Below the pieces are notes generated by a model that worked only from the letters and a program-made list of their open reading frames with translations, did not search any database and was not told the DNA's origin. From Candidatus Hydrogenedentota bacterium (GTDB lineage Bacteria > Hydrogenedentota > Hydrogenedentia > Hydrogenedentales > SLHB01), in assembly GCA_963668025.2 (NCBI GenBank), contig CAXXTH010000017.1, positions 96,001 through 160,000 on the forward strand: a stretch of DNA of 64,000 nucleotides. Reading direction: 5' to 3'. Below, one piece after another: positions 28,780 through 37,527 of this stretch. Position numbers and translations under genes: made by a program. The stretch's first letter is position 1. Each line of letters opens with the position of its first letter.

Positions 28780-30470
28780 CCTAAAAAAGGCAGTAGGAGC
28801 TTGCTTTGGGATTTTTCCAGCCCAATTTTGTAAAGAAATAACTGTCCTGTCCCGCTCTTTACGTTGGCGCCGGCAGCAGGTTGGGGGTGGCCAGCGGCCT
28901 TCCCTCGAGTATTTTGGCGAAGATCCGGCTGAGGATCGTCCGCCATCGTTCGTTCCAGTTCAACTGCCGCGCAGTTGCTTTCACCTCCAATAAAAAGGCG
29001 TTTACGGATTTCAGAACTTGTTCCATAGCATGTCCTTGCGCATGCACGGGGGTGATGGTGAGCGTGGTTTGGCCTCCGTGGCGGGTCTGCTGTCCCACAC
29101 CATACAGCAGCAGAGGGCGGCTTGTGATCGCTTCGGCGTGGCGCTCCGGAATCGCCAAGCGCACGTACAAAGACCACCAATTGTAAATCAGGGCTATGAT
29201 TCGCGCCATGATTTGGCAGCGCTTCATATCGTGGGTGGTATACCCGCCCCACCCCCACTGGTTTTTCTGTTCATCGTAGATGTTTTCCGCATCGCCCCGG
29301 TCGCGATAATGCTGGGCCAAGGCCGATAGGGGGCCTGTCAGCGAAGTGGCCAGCACCGCGTATTCATACTGCTGCACGGCTCCCGCTTGGATCTCAATGA
29401 GCTGTAGTTGGGGGGAGGGGTCAGGCAATAGCGGCTCCGTTTCCAGAACGATACTCCCTTTGAGCTTGCGCCGCAGAACGATTACCCGGCGTTTGCTCGT
29501 CCATCCCATAAGCTCCAGACGGTCTTCCAAACCTTCCCAGCCTTGGCCTGCTGGCGTCCAGTCCTTAGAACAAAAGGCCTGCTGGATAAGCCGTTTCACG
29601 TTGCTGGTCTGCCGCAATTTGAACAGATAGGGCACTCCGCGCGCTTCGGCTTCGCTCATGTCGCGTTCGTTGCCGAAGGCGCAGTCGCCGCGAATCATGC
29701 CCGGCCAGGCCGCGCGCGGCAAGCCATCGAGAAAATGCCACAATCCAGGCATGGTGTATTTCGCCGCCGTCTCGTTGCCCGGCCGGACTTCCACGTCCAG
29801 CACCAAGCGCGTGTTCGCCATAAAATAGGTATGCAGCACATGAGAAGGACGGCCCTGTTTCGCCGGATTGTAGCCCAGCACGGCCCCTTCTTGATGGCCG
29901 AACAGGGGCTTCACGCTTGTATCCACGTCCAAAATCCAAGGCTCATAAAGCAACGGCTCATAACAGCGGCGCAGGTGCTTCTGTAGCCAGCCCGCGCAGG
30001 CTTCCCCGTCCGCCAGAATAAATGCCCGCCGCGCCGAGGAGGCGCTCATGATCTTGCTCATACCCAGCAAGCCCGGGTTCACCGCGTCGTAACGGACCGC
30101 GTCAATGTGCGCATAGCGGGTGTGGCCCGCCAGCACTGATAAAAATAGCGTGCCCAGCACATCCCTCTTGCGCGGCGCATTATTGCTGGCGTACGCCAGC
30201 GGACAGTCCTCCACCCACGCTTCAAAAAGCTCCGCCGTCTTGAGGAAATCGATAAAGAACGCCAACTGGCCAAACGGCGTCGTTGCCGCCTCCCGGTCCC
30301 ATTCCACATGCACCCGGCCCCCGTAGCTATCTACGAAAATCGGCACCTCCAAAGACAACCATTCCTCCTCTCCCAATGGGGGAGCATCTTGCTGTTGCGA
30401 TTCTGTTTCCATGTTCATTATTTTGAACTACTTCCAGCTCGACACTCAAGATTCAACTGGCGTTTTTAGG
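28780..30470 (-). mobile_element. IS1380-family-like element (1691 bp)
   Basis: Imperfect IRs CCTAAAAAAGGCAGT / ACTGGCGTTTTTAGG. 5-bp TSD ATCAA at 28775-28779 and 30471-30475; the empty site is visible in copy 2. Confidence 0.9.
28859..30418 (-). CDS. IS1380-like DDE transposase
   Basis: ILDVDTS..GHQEGAVLGYNP, IRGDCAFG, YRDRGDAENIYDEQKNQWG. Confidence 0.9.
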   Translation of the reverse strand: MNMETESQQQDAPPLGEEEWLSLEVPIFVDSYGGRVHVEWDREAATTPFGQLAFFIDFLKTAELFEAWVEDCPLAYASNNAPRKRDVLGTLFLSVLAGHTRYAHIDAVRYDAVNPGLLGMSKIMSASSARRAFILADGEACAGWLQKHLRRCYEPLLYEPWILDVDTSVKPLFGHQEGAVLGYNPAKQGRPSHVLHTYFMANTRLVLDVEVRPGNETAAKYTMPGLWHFLDGLPRAAWPGMIRGDCAFGNERDMSEAEARGVPYLFKLRQTSNVKRLIQQAFCSKDWTPAGQGWEGLEDRLELMGWTSKRRVIVLRRKLKGSIVLETEPLLPDPSPQLQLIEIQAGAVQQYEYAVLATSLTGPLSALAQHYRDRGDAENIYDEQKNQWGWGGYTTHDMKRCQIMARIIALIYNWWSLYVRLAIPERHAEAITSRPLLLYGVGQQTRHGGQTTLTITPVHAQGHAMEQVLKSVNAFLLEVKATARQLNWNERWRTILSRIFAKILEGRPLATPNLLPAPT

Positions 30471-30646
30471 ATCAAGGGCAAACCATGCCCATTCGGGCCG
30501 CAAGGGTCCTACACGCGAACCTCCTGCATGATTTATTGCACCCGTAGCGGAGGCGTAATCCCATTGCCACAGGCGAAAACCGCTCCGCGTGTGCCCGCAC
30601 CGTCCGCGCGTTCGCAAACCACGCTATTTCGCAAATGCCTCCTCTG

Positions 30647-32469
30647 GAGGCATTTGCGAAATAAAGAAAATCCGTATTGACAAGGGTTTACAAAGCGGCG
30701 GAATTGGCGCCTACCCCGGAGAATGCGGGGAAAGGGGCTTGGCGGGGGCATGAATAAGGATTTTTTGTGAAAAATCACCCCAAATGCCCTCGGCGAGCGG
30801 GAAAAGGCGTAACGTCTCCCGTGTGTGATTGTAGTATAGTTGACCACATAACCACGCACACACCAAGGAGACGTTTGCGATGGCCATTATACACCAAATG
30901 GGGTTGTTCTCGTGGAACCAGGTCGACGCGGCGTCGGATCTGGATCGGCTGAACCTGTTGCTGGCGGCGCTGCCGGATGAAGATTTGATGCGGGCGATGG
31001 AAGCCGAACGCAAGGGGCGGCGCGACGATTATCCTATCCGCGCGATGTGGAACAGCATACTGGCGGGGATCGTCTTCCAGCACGACGGCGTCGAAAGCCT
31101 GCGCCGCGAACTAGCCCGAAACGGGCAATTGCGCCAGTTGTGCGGATTCGACGTGTTGCGGGGCGCCAAGGCGGTCCCGCCCGAATGGGTGTACACGCGG
31201 TTCTTCGCCAGATTACTGCGCCACTGGAAAGAAGTGGACCGGATGTTCGACGCGCTCATCGTCCGGCTGATGGAACGCTTGCCGGATCTCGGGGTGCGTC
31301 TGGCCGTAGACTCGAAAGCCATCCAAACCCACGCCAAGCCTCCGCGCAAAGACGCGGTCCTGGAAAACGAAGAGCCGGACGGGCGGCGCGACCGCGACGC
31401 AGACTGGGGCACGAAAACCTACAAGGGCGTTCACAAGGACGGCACGCCCTGGGAGAAGGTCAAACGGTGGTTCGGCTACAAGCTGCACCTCATCGTGGAC
31501 ACGAAATACGAATTGCCGCTGGGCTACGCGGTCACGAAAGCCAGCGCCAACGACTCGCCCTTTCTGCTGCCCCTCGTGGCGGCTCTCGACGCGCGCCACC
31601 CCGAACTCGTCCAACGCGCCGAGTACCTCAGCGCCGACAAGGGCTATGATTCCGAAGCCAACAACAAGGGCCTCTTCGAGGAACATGAAATCCGGCCCAT
31701 CGTGGACATCCGGGCGACCTGGAAAGAAGAACCGGAACGGCCCCGCCCTTTATATCCCGAACGGGTAGACACGATCTTCCATACCGAACGAGGTGAAGTC
31801 CTCTGCCGGTGTCGTAACGGCGCCCCCAAACGAACGCGACAACTATGATTCCATGGCCTACCAAGGATTCGAGCAAGATCGGGGAACCTTGAAATACCGT
31901 TGCCCAGCCAAGGCACGCGGGAGCGCCTGTACCCAGCAAGACCTCTGCAACCAAGGATGCCAGCCCGAACACGGACGGATTGTCCGCGTGCCCATCGCTA
32001 TCGACCGGCGCATCTTTACCCCCCTGCCCCGCAGCGCCAAATCCTGGCGCCGCGAATACAAACACCGCACCGCCATCGAGCGAGTCAACAGCCGACTCGA
32101 CGGCGCATACGGATTCGAGCGCCACTACATCCGCGGTATGAAAAAGATGCGCGCCCGCACCGGATTAGCCCTCCTCGTCATGCTCGGCATGGCCCTGGGA
32201 TGGCTCGAAGCCGGCCAGGCAGAACGCATGCGCTCGCTCCTCGGACAGCCCCGCGCCGCATAGATCACATCGAATCCGCACAAGCAATGATGGCCCGAAT
32301 CAAGGGCAAACCATGCCCATTCGGGCCGCAAGGGTCCTACACGCGAACCTCCTGCATGATTTATTGCACCCGTAGCGGAGGCGTAATCCCATTGCCACAG
32401 GCGAAAACCGCTCCGCGTGTGCCCGCACCGTCCGCGCGTTCGCAAACCACGCTATTTCGCAAATGCCTC
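30647..32469 (+). mobile_element. IS1182/IS5-like element, copy 2 (1823 bp)
   Basis: Same IRs as copy 1, followed by CTCTG at 32470-32474. Appears identical to copy 1 apart from one extra C. Confidence 0.92.
30880..32263 (+). pseudogene. Frameshifted copy of the 27357-28739 transposase
   Basis: GCGCCCCCAAA (5 C, 31823-31827) versus GCGCCCCAAA (4 C) in copy 1; splits into ORFs 30880-31848 and 31793-32263. Confidence 0.85.
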
Positions 32470-32602
32470 CTCTGGGAAACTGCTTGATTTTATCGTCCCG
32501 ATAATGGTGAAATACAGGCTTGATGTGCGTCCGGCATTTTCGGTGGGCGTGTTGGAAATAGGGCATGAAATTAAACTCAAGGCGCAGGAGGAATCACTTT
32601 CG

Positions 32603-33148
32603 ATGTACGTACCTTCTAAGTTGTTTTTGACTCGGGGCGTTGGCAAACATCGCGAGAAACTCGCAAGTTTCGAGATGGCGTTGCGGGCTTGTTCTATTGC
32701 CCAGTTCAACTTGGTGAAGGTATCCAGCATTTTCCCACCCCAATGCAAAGTCGTTAAAAAAGAGACGGGCCTCCGGGAATTAAGTGCGGGCCAGATTGTC
32801 CATGTCGTCCTGGCGGAGGCTTCCACCTGCGAGCCGCGCCGCCTGCTGGCGGCGTCCATTGGCGTGGCGATTCCTCGTGAACCCGAGCAGTTTGGCTATC
32901 TGTCCGAATTCCATGGCTTTGGCGTCACCGATGACAAAGCCGGCGAATATGCCGAAGATCTGGCCGCGCAGATGTTCGCTACGGTCATGGGCGTCGAGTT
33001 CGATCCCGATAAAAGCTGGGACGAGCGCAAAGAAATTTGGCGCATCAGCGGAAAATTCCTGACCACGCGAAACATCACCCAGAGCGCCTTAGGCGACAAA
33101 GATGGATTGTGGACTACGGCTTTAGCGGCTGCCGTTCTTATTCCCTAG
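32603..33148 (+). CDS. pdaD: Pyruvoyl-dependent arginine decarboxylase
   Basis: VPSKLFLTRGVG..LASFEMALR..IAQFNLVKVSSIFPP (Ser-Ser self-cleavage site), GYLSE; RBS AGGAGG. Confidence 0.9.
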   Translation: MYVPSKLFLTRGVGKHREKLASFEMALRACSIAQFNLVKVSSIFPPQCKVVKKETGLRELSAGQIVHVVLAEASTCEPRRLLAASIGVAIPREPEQFGYLSEFHGFGVTDDKAGEYAEDLAAQMFATVMGVEFDPDKSWDERKEIWRISGKFLTTRNITQSALGDKDGLWTTALAAAVLIP

Positions 33149-33300
33149 CACAGCATAGACGTGAATAATTGGAGAACGTAGCGTGGGAATTTCCCCATGC
33201 TATGATGAGGTGAGCGCTGTGCCCATTGCCGCCATTCGTGGGTCAAGGTTTTCTTGTTCTTTCAACTAAATTGAAACCTATGTACAACAAGGGGGAAGAC

Positions 33301-34398
33301 ATGTCCCAGCACCAATGGCTTTCAGGAAAACGGATCGCTCCCCCGGCGGTATCCGCCTGCGGTTCCGTGCGCGAACTCATTGACAAGACATTTGTCGCGT
33401 ATAACGGCGCACGCTTGCGCGAGGCCTGCCAGCTCTTTACGGAGAAGATGCTGCGTTCCGATGTGACGATAGGCATGTCGGTGAGCGGCGCATTGACGCC
33501 TGCGGGACTGGGTTGTTCATGCCTCGTGCCGCTCGTGCTGAATGGCATGGTGGACTGGATCGTGAGCACTGGGGCCAACCTCTACCACGACACCCATTTC
33601 GCCCTGGGCATGAATCTGCACGCCGGTTCGCCGTTTGTGAACGACTTGGCGCTGCGCGAGGACAAGATCATCCGCATCTACGATGTATTGTTCCACTACG
33701 ATGTGCTCCTCGATACGGACATGTTCTACAATGAGCTCCTACGCACCGAGGAATTCCAGCACACCATGGGCACCGCCGAATTCCATTATCTTATCGGCAA
33801 ATACCTGCTCGGGCGCGCGGAAACCTTGGGCGCGGAAGATCATAGCCTCCTCGTGGCGGCGTATAAGGCGGGCGTGCCCATTTATACCTCGTCGCCGGGT
33901 GACAGCTCGGTGGGCATGAATCTCGCCGCCGTGGCCTTGGATGGCAGCCAATGCCGCATCGATCCCAACATCGACGTGAACGAGACGGCCGCTATCGTGT
34001 ACCACGCCACGCGCCAAGGCAAAAGCGCCGTGGTGATCCTGGGCGGCGGCTCGCCGAAGAATTTCGTCTTGCAGACGGAGCCCCATATCCAGGAGGTGCT
34101 GGGGCTTACGGGCGACGGCCATACGTATTTTATTCAGTTCACGGACGCCCGGCCCGACACGGGCGGCCTGAGCGGCGCTACACCCTCGGAAGCCGTGAGC
34201 TGGGGTAAAATCGACCCGAATCATCTGCCCGATTCCGTGGTGTGTTATCTTGACACGACGGTGGCCCTGCCGTTGCTGACGGCATATGCCTTCGAAGCGC
34301 GTGAAGCCCGTCCGCGCCGCAGCCTCTATAATCAACGCGAGGCCATCATGCAAGCCATGCGCGATGACTATGCCAAACGCTTAACGGAAAACGCATAG
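33301..34398 (+). CDS. speY: Deoxyhypusine-synthase-like homospermidine biosynthesis protein
   Basis: SGALTPAG, STGANLYHDTH, SSPGDSS, GGGSPKNF, TGGLSGATPSEAVSWGK. Confidence 0.85.
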   Translation: MSQHQWLSGKRIAPPAVSACGSVRELIDKTFVAYNGARLREACQLFTEKMLRSDVTIGMSVSGALTPAGLGCSCLVPLVLNGMVDWIVSTGANLYHDTHFALGMNLHAGSPFVNDLALREDKIIRIYDVLFHYDVLLDTDMFYNELLRTEEFQHTMGTAEFHYLIGKYLLGRAETLGAEDHSLLVAAYKAGVPIYTSSPGDSSVGMNLAAVALDGSQCRIDPNIDVNETAAIVYHATRQGKSAVVILGGGSPKNFVLQTEPHIQEVLGLTGDGHTYFIQFTDARPDTGGLSGATPSEAVSWGKIDPNHLPDSVVCYLDTTVALPLLTAYAFEAREARPRRSLYNQREAIMQAMRDDYAKRLTENA

Positions 34399-34400
34399 CC

Positions 34401-35309
34401 ATGAAGTATCGCAGGCATTTGCCCACGGAAGAGAATTTTCTTGCCCTCGAGCCGGAGGATTCTGATCCGGATACGGCGGGGGTGATTGTGCTCGCCGCGC
34501 CGTTCGAGGAAACCTCGACTTATGGCGTAGGTTCGGCGCGCGGCCCAGAAGCCATAATAGCCGCTTCCCACGAGGTCGAACTGTTCGACGCCGCGCTCGG
34601 TTTTGAAGCCTACCAATCGGCGGGCGGCATTGCCACTTTGGAATTCCTTGATGTCGCCGGATGCGATGGGCCTGGCCTGGCGGCGTTGCTACGGGAAGAA
34701 ACATGCTATTGGATAGAGCGGGGCCGTTTCGTCATGGCGCTGGGCGGCGAGCATACGTCGGTGGTGGGCGCTATCGAAGCCCATTGCCAGGCGTATCCGA
34801 ATGTGACGGTCCTCCAGCTCGATGCCCATAGCGATCTGCGGCCAGAATATTTGGGCGCATCTTGGAACCATGCCTGCGCCATGGCGCGCGTGTTGGATTT
34901 TCATGGCCGCCTCGTGCAAGTGGGCATTCGCAGCCAAGCCAAGGAAGAGCGCGAACGCGCGAACGCCACGCCCGGCATTACGGTTTTTTATGCCCATGAA
35001 GTGCTGGATAGGCATGACGCCCATGAAGACTGGATAGCGGATATCGTGGCCGCTTGCACGCCGAATGTATATGTCACCCTGGATTGCGATGTGCTGGATC
35101 CCTCGATCATGGCCGCTACCGGCACGCCGGAGCCTGCGGGCCTTTCCTGGCGCATGCTGGACGCCCTGTTCGCCCGCCTGTGCGCGGAACGCCAGCTTGT
35201 GGGTTTTGACGTAAACGAACTCGCACCTATCGAGGGCGTCGCATATCCCGAATTCTCGATGGCGAAATTGATCTACCGGATCATTGGCCGCCGCTTCCCC
35301 GAGGCGTAA
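34401..35309 (+). CDS. speB: Agmatinase / ureohydrolase
   Basis: LGGEH, DAHSD, VTLDCDVLDP, GTPEPAG. Confidence 0.9.
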   Translation: MKYRRHLPTEENFLALEPEDSDPDTAGVIVLAAPFEETSTYGVGSARGPEAIIAASHEVELFDAALGFEAYQSAGGIATLEFLDVAGCDGPGLAALLREETCYWIERGRFVMALGGEHTSVVGAIEAHCQAYPNVTVLQLDAHSDLRPEYLGASWNHACAMARVLDFHGRLVQVGIRSQAKEERERANATPGITVFYAHEVLDRHDAHEDWIADIVAACTPNVYVTLDCDVLDPSIMAATGTPEPAGLSWRMLDALFARLCAERQLVGFDVNELAPIEGVAYPEFSMAKLIYRIIGRRFPEA

Positions 35310-35428
35310 TGATTTTTCTGATGGCGCTCTCGCCAGTGGTATAGTATCCCCAAAAAGCCGCATGGGCTCTCGCCCATGGCGCACGCGCTAAAACCTAAGC
35401 TTCATGGGCGGGACGCCCATGAAGCGGA

Positions 35429-35917
35429 ATGTATGCACGGGATGGCATGAGGGAAACGGACTCCGCAAAACGTCTAGAAAAGACCATTATCGGATGGTCT
35501 GAGTATGTGGATCTGCCCGAATGGGGCGTGCTGGGCCTGCATGCCAAAGTGGACACAGGCGCGCAGACCAGTGCGTTGCATGTGGAAGGCTTGGAAGAAT
35601 TAGAAGACGGATGGGTGCGGTTTACGGTTATTTTGAGCCGCCGCAACCGCCATAAGCGCGTGGAAGTCACGGCCCGGGTTCTGAAATGGGGCCGCGTGCG
35701 TTCGAGCACGGGCCATTTCACCGTGCGATGCTTTGTCCGCACGCGTATGCGGATTGGACTTGTCGAGAAACTCATCGAACTCTCATTGGTCTCCCGCGAA
35801 GAGATGGTGTACCGTATGTTGTTGGGCAGGCAAGCGCTCGAAAAGGACTTTCTGGTGGATGTCAGCCGCAAGCGCACGTTAGGCCGCGTACGCGCCAAGA
35901 GGAAACCAAGAGCGTGA
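35429..35917 (+). CDS. RimK-associated retropepsin-like (putative ATP-dependent Zn protease family) protein
   Basis: IGWSEYVDLPEWG...AKVDTGAQTSALH...MLLGRQAL; start may be the ATG at 35447. Confidence 0.85.
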   Translation: MYARDGMRETDSAKRLEKTIIGWSEYVDLPEWGVLGLHAKVDTGAQTSALHVEGLEELEDGWVRFTVILSRRNRHKRVEVTARVLKWGRVRSSTGHFTVRCFVRTRMRIGLVEKLIELSLVSREEMVYRMLLGRQALEKDFLVDVSRKRTLGRVRAKRKPRA

Positions 35918-37086
35918 AAATGGGCATTCTCAGCCGGATGGCCCGAAGCTATAGCACGCGCCGCTTGAAAGAGGCGGCCGTACGGCGCGGGCATAGCGTC
36001 CAAGTGCTCGATACCTTCAAGTTCAGCATCATGCTCGAGCAGGAAGAGCCCGGCCTCTTTTACCGCCACCGGCGCTTGCCCCATTTTGACGCCGTCATCC
36101 CGCGCATCGGAGCCGGCATCACGTTTTTCGGCGTGGCGGTGGTGCGCCAGTTCGAGCAGATGGGCGTGTATTGCGCCAACGAATCCATGGGCATTACGCG
36201 TTCAAGAGACAAGCTCCGCGCCATCCAGATTTTCAGCCGCTACGATGTGGGGATTCCCCCTACCGTTTTTGTACGCGATAACGAAGAAGTCCTGCCCGCC
36301 ATCAAGCGCGTGGGCGGGGTGCCCGTGATCATCAAGCTCATCGAGGGCACCCAAGGCGTGGGCGTTATCCTCGCCGAGACCGAGAAAGTCGCGGAAGCCA
36401 TCATCCAAACCCTGCAAAGCGCCAAGCAAAACGTCCTCATCCAAAAATTCGTCAAGGAGAGCCAAGGCCGCGATATCCGCGCGCTGGTGGTGGGCGACCA
36501 CGTGGTGGCCGCCATGCGCCGCACCGCCAAGCCGGGCGAATTCCGCAGCAATGTCCACCGGGGCGCATCCATCGAGGGCCTCCGGCTCGAGCCGGAGTAT
36601 GAACGCACGGCGGTGCGGGCCGCCCAAATCATGGGGCTGCGCATCGCTGGGGTGGATATGCTCGAGGCGGAGCAAGGCCCCCAATTGCTCGAGGTGAATT
36701 CATCTCCGGGCCTCGAGGGCATCGAAGCCGCCACGGGCGTGGATGTGGCGGGAGCCATCATCGAAGACATTGAAAACCAGGTGCTTTTCCCTGAAGTGGA
36801 CCTACACCAGCGGCTGCGCCTCACGGGCGGATATGGCATCGCCGAATTCACCGTGCATCACATGCCGGAGCTCGAAGGCAAAGCGCTTCGGGACACCTCG
36901 TTAGCCGCGCACAATATCCACGTCATGAGCATTACCCGCCAGCGTTCGGTCACCCCCAATCCAACCGGAGACGACATCATCCAGACGGGCGACGTACTGC
37001 TTTGTTATGGCGATCTGCGCATGCTGCGCGACATGATGCCCGCCCAGCGCAACCGGCGCGGCAAAGGCCGGAAAAAAGATAAATAA
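35914..37086 (+). CDS. rimK: RimK family alpha-L-glutamate ligase (ATP-grasp) with C-terminal RCK_C/TrkA-C domain
   Basis: YSTRRL, FDAVIPRIG, EGTQGVGV, EFRSNVHRG, EVNSSPGLEGIE; C-terminal LEGKALRD..VMSITR..PNPTGDDIIQTGDVLLCYG. GTG start overlaps the previous stop. Confidence 0.9.
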   Translation: MKMGILSRMARSYSTRRLKEAAVRRGHSVQVLDTFKFSIMLEQEEPGLFYRHRRLPHFDAVIPRIGAGITFFGVAVVRQFEQMGVYCANESMGITRSRDKLRAIQIFSRYDVGIPPTVFVRDNEEVLPAIKRVGGVPVIIKLIEGTQGVGVILAETEKVAEAIIQTLQSAKQNVLIQKFVKESQGRDIRALVVGDHVVAAMRRTAKPGEFRSNVHRGASIEGLRLEPEYERTAVRAAQIMGLRIAGVDMLEAEQGPQLLEVNSSPGLEGIEAATGVDVAGAIIEDIENQVLFPEVDLHQRLRLTGGYGIAEFTVHHMPELEGKALRDTSLAAHNIHVMSITRQRSVTPNPTGDDIIQTGDVLLCYGDLRMLRDMMPAQRNRRGKGRKKDK

Positions 37087-37303
37087 CGTGGTAAGTGGTG
37101 AAGAATGACCGGCGAGGGCGCCGGTCCCACACATTGCATAGTAAAAAAAACTGCGGGACCGCCGTCCCCCGGCGGTCATCAGATGGAAAATGAATTCGGG
37201 ATGCGCGATCTGCACGGATGTGCTTTTGGTGAAAAATATCAAAAATGAGGGTAGAGTTTCGTGTATTTCGGGTAATATTTCGAATACACTGTAAATTTAA
37301 GCC

Positions 37304-37382
37304 ATAAAACAATAAAGAGTGAACCGATAATCGCGCATCGTAGATAGGATTTGTTGACATGATACTGCGAGCGTGCTAATCT
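37304..37382 (+). promoter_or_regulatory. Candidate promoters of the chemosensory cluster (sigma70 and sigma28-like)
   Basis: TTGACA(37354-37359)-17 bp-TAATCT with extended TG. Upstream TAAA-N14-ACCGATAA (37305-37330) resembles the FliA consensus. Confidence 0.45.
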
Positions 37383-37527
37383 GGTAAACAGTTCGAGTCT
37401 CTGTTTTTTCTTCGCGCGGATAGGTAGACGAATGAATCGCCAATCGGTTCAGCCGTGGCGGGGTCTGCCGGTTTTTTCGCGTGGAAGGGCGTAGTAACGC
37501 GTGGCTGGGGCTGGACAGGGGCGGGTC

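Larger units (their letters stand above)
27124..30641 (+). mobile_element. IS1182/IS5-like element, copy 1 (non-coding right end interrupted by an IS1380-family element)
   Basis: Terminal IRs GAGGCATTTGCGAAATA / TATTTCGCAAATGCCTC, flanked by CTCTG at 27119-27123 and 30642-30646. Confidence 0.92.

Noticed and set aside
27124-32469. Composite transposon with cargo
   Set aside because: The only DNA between the two transposase copies is IS ends and another IS; there are no passenger genes.
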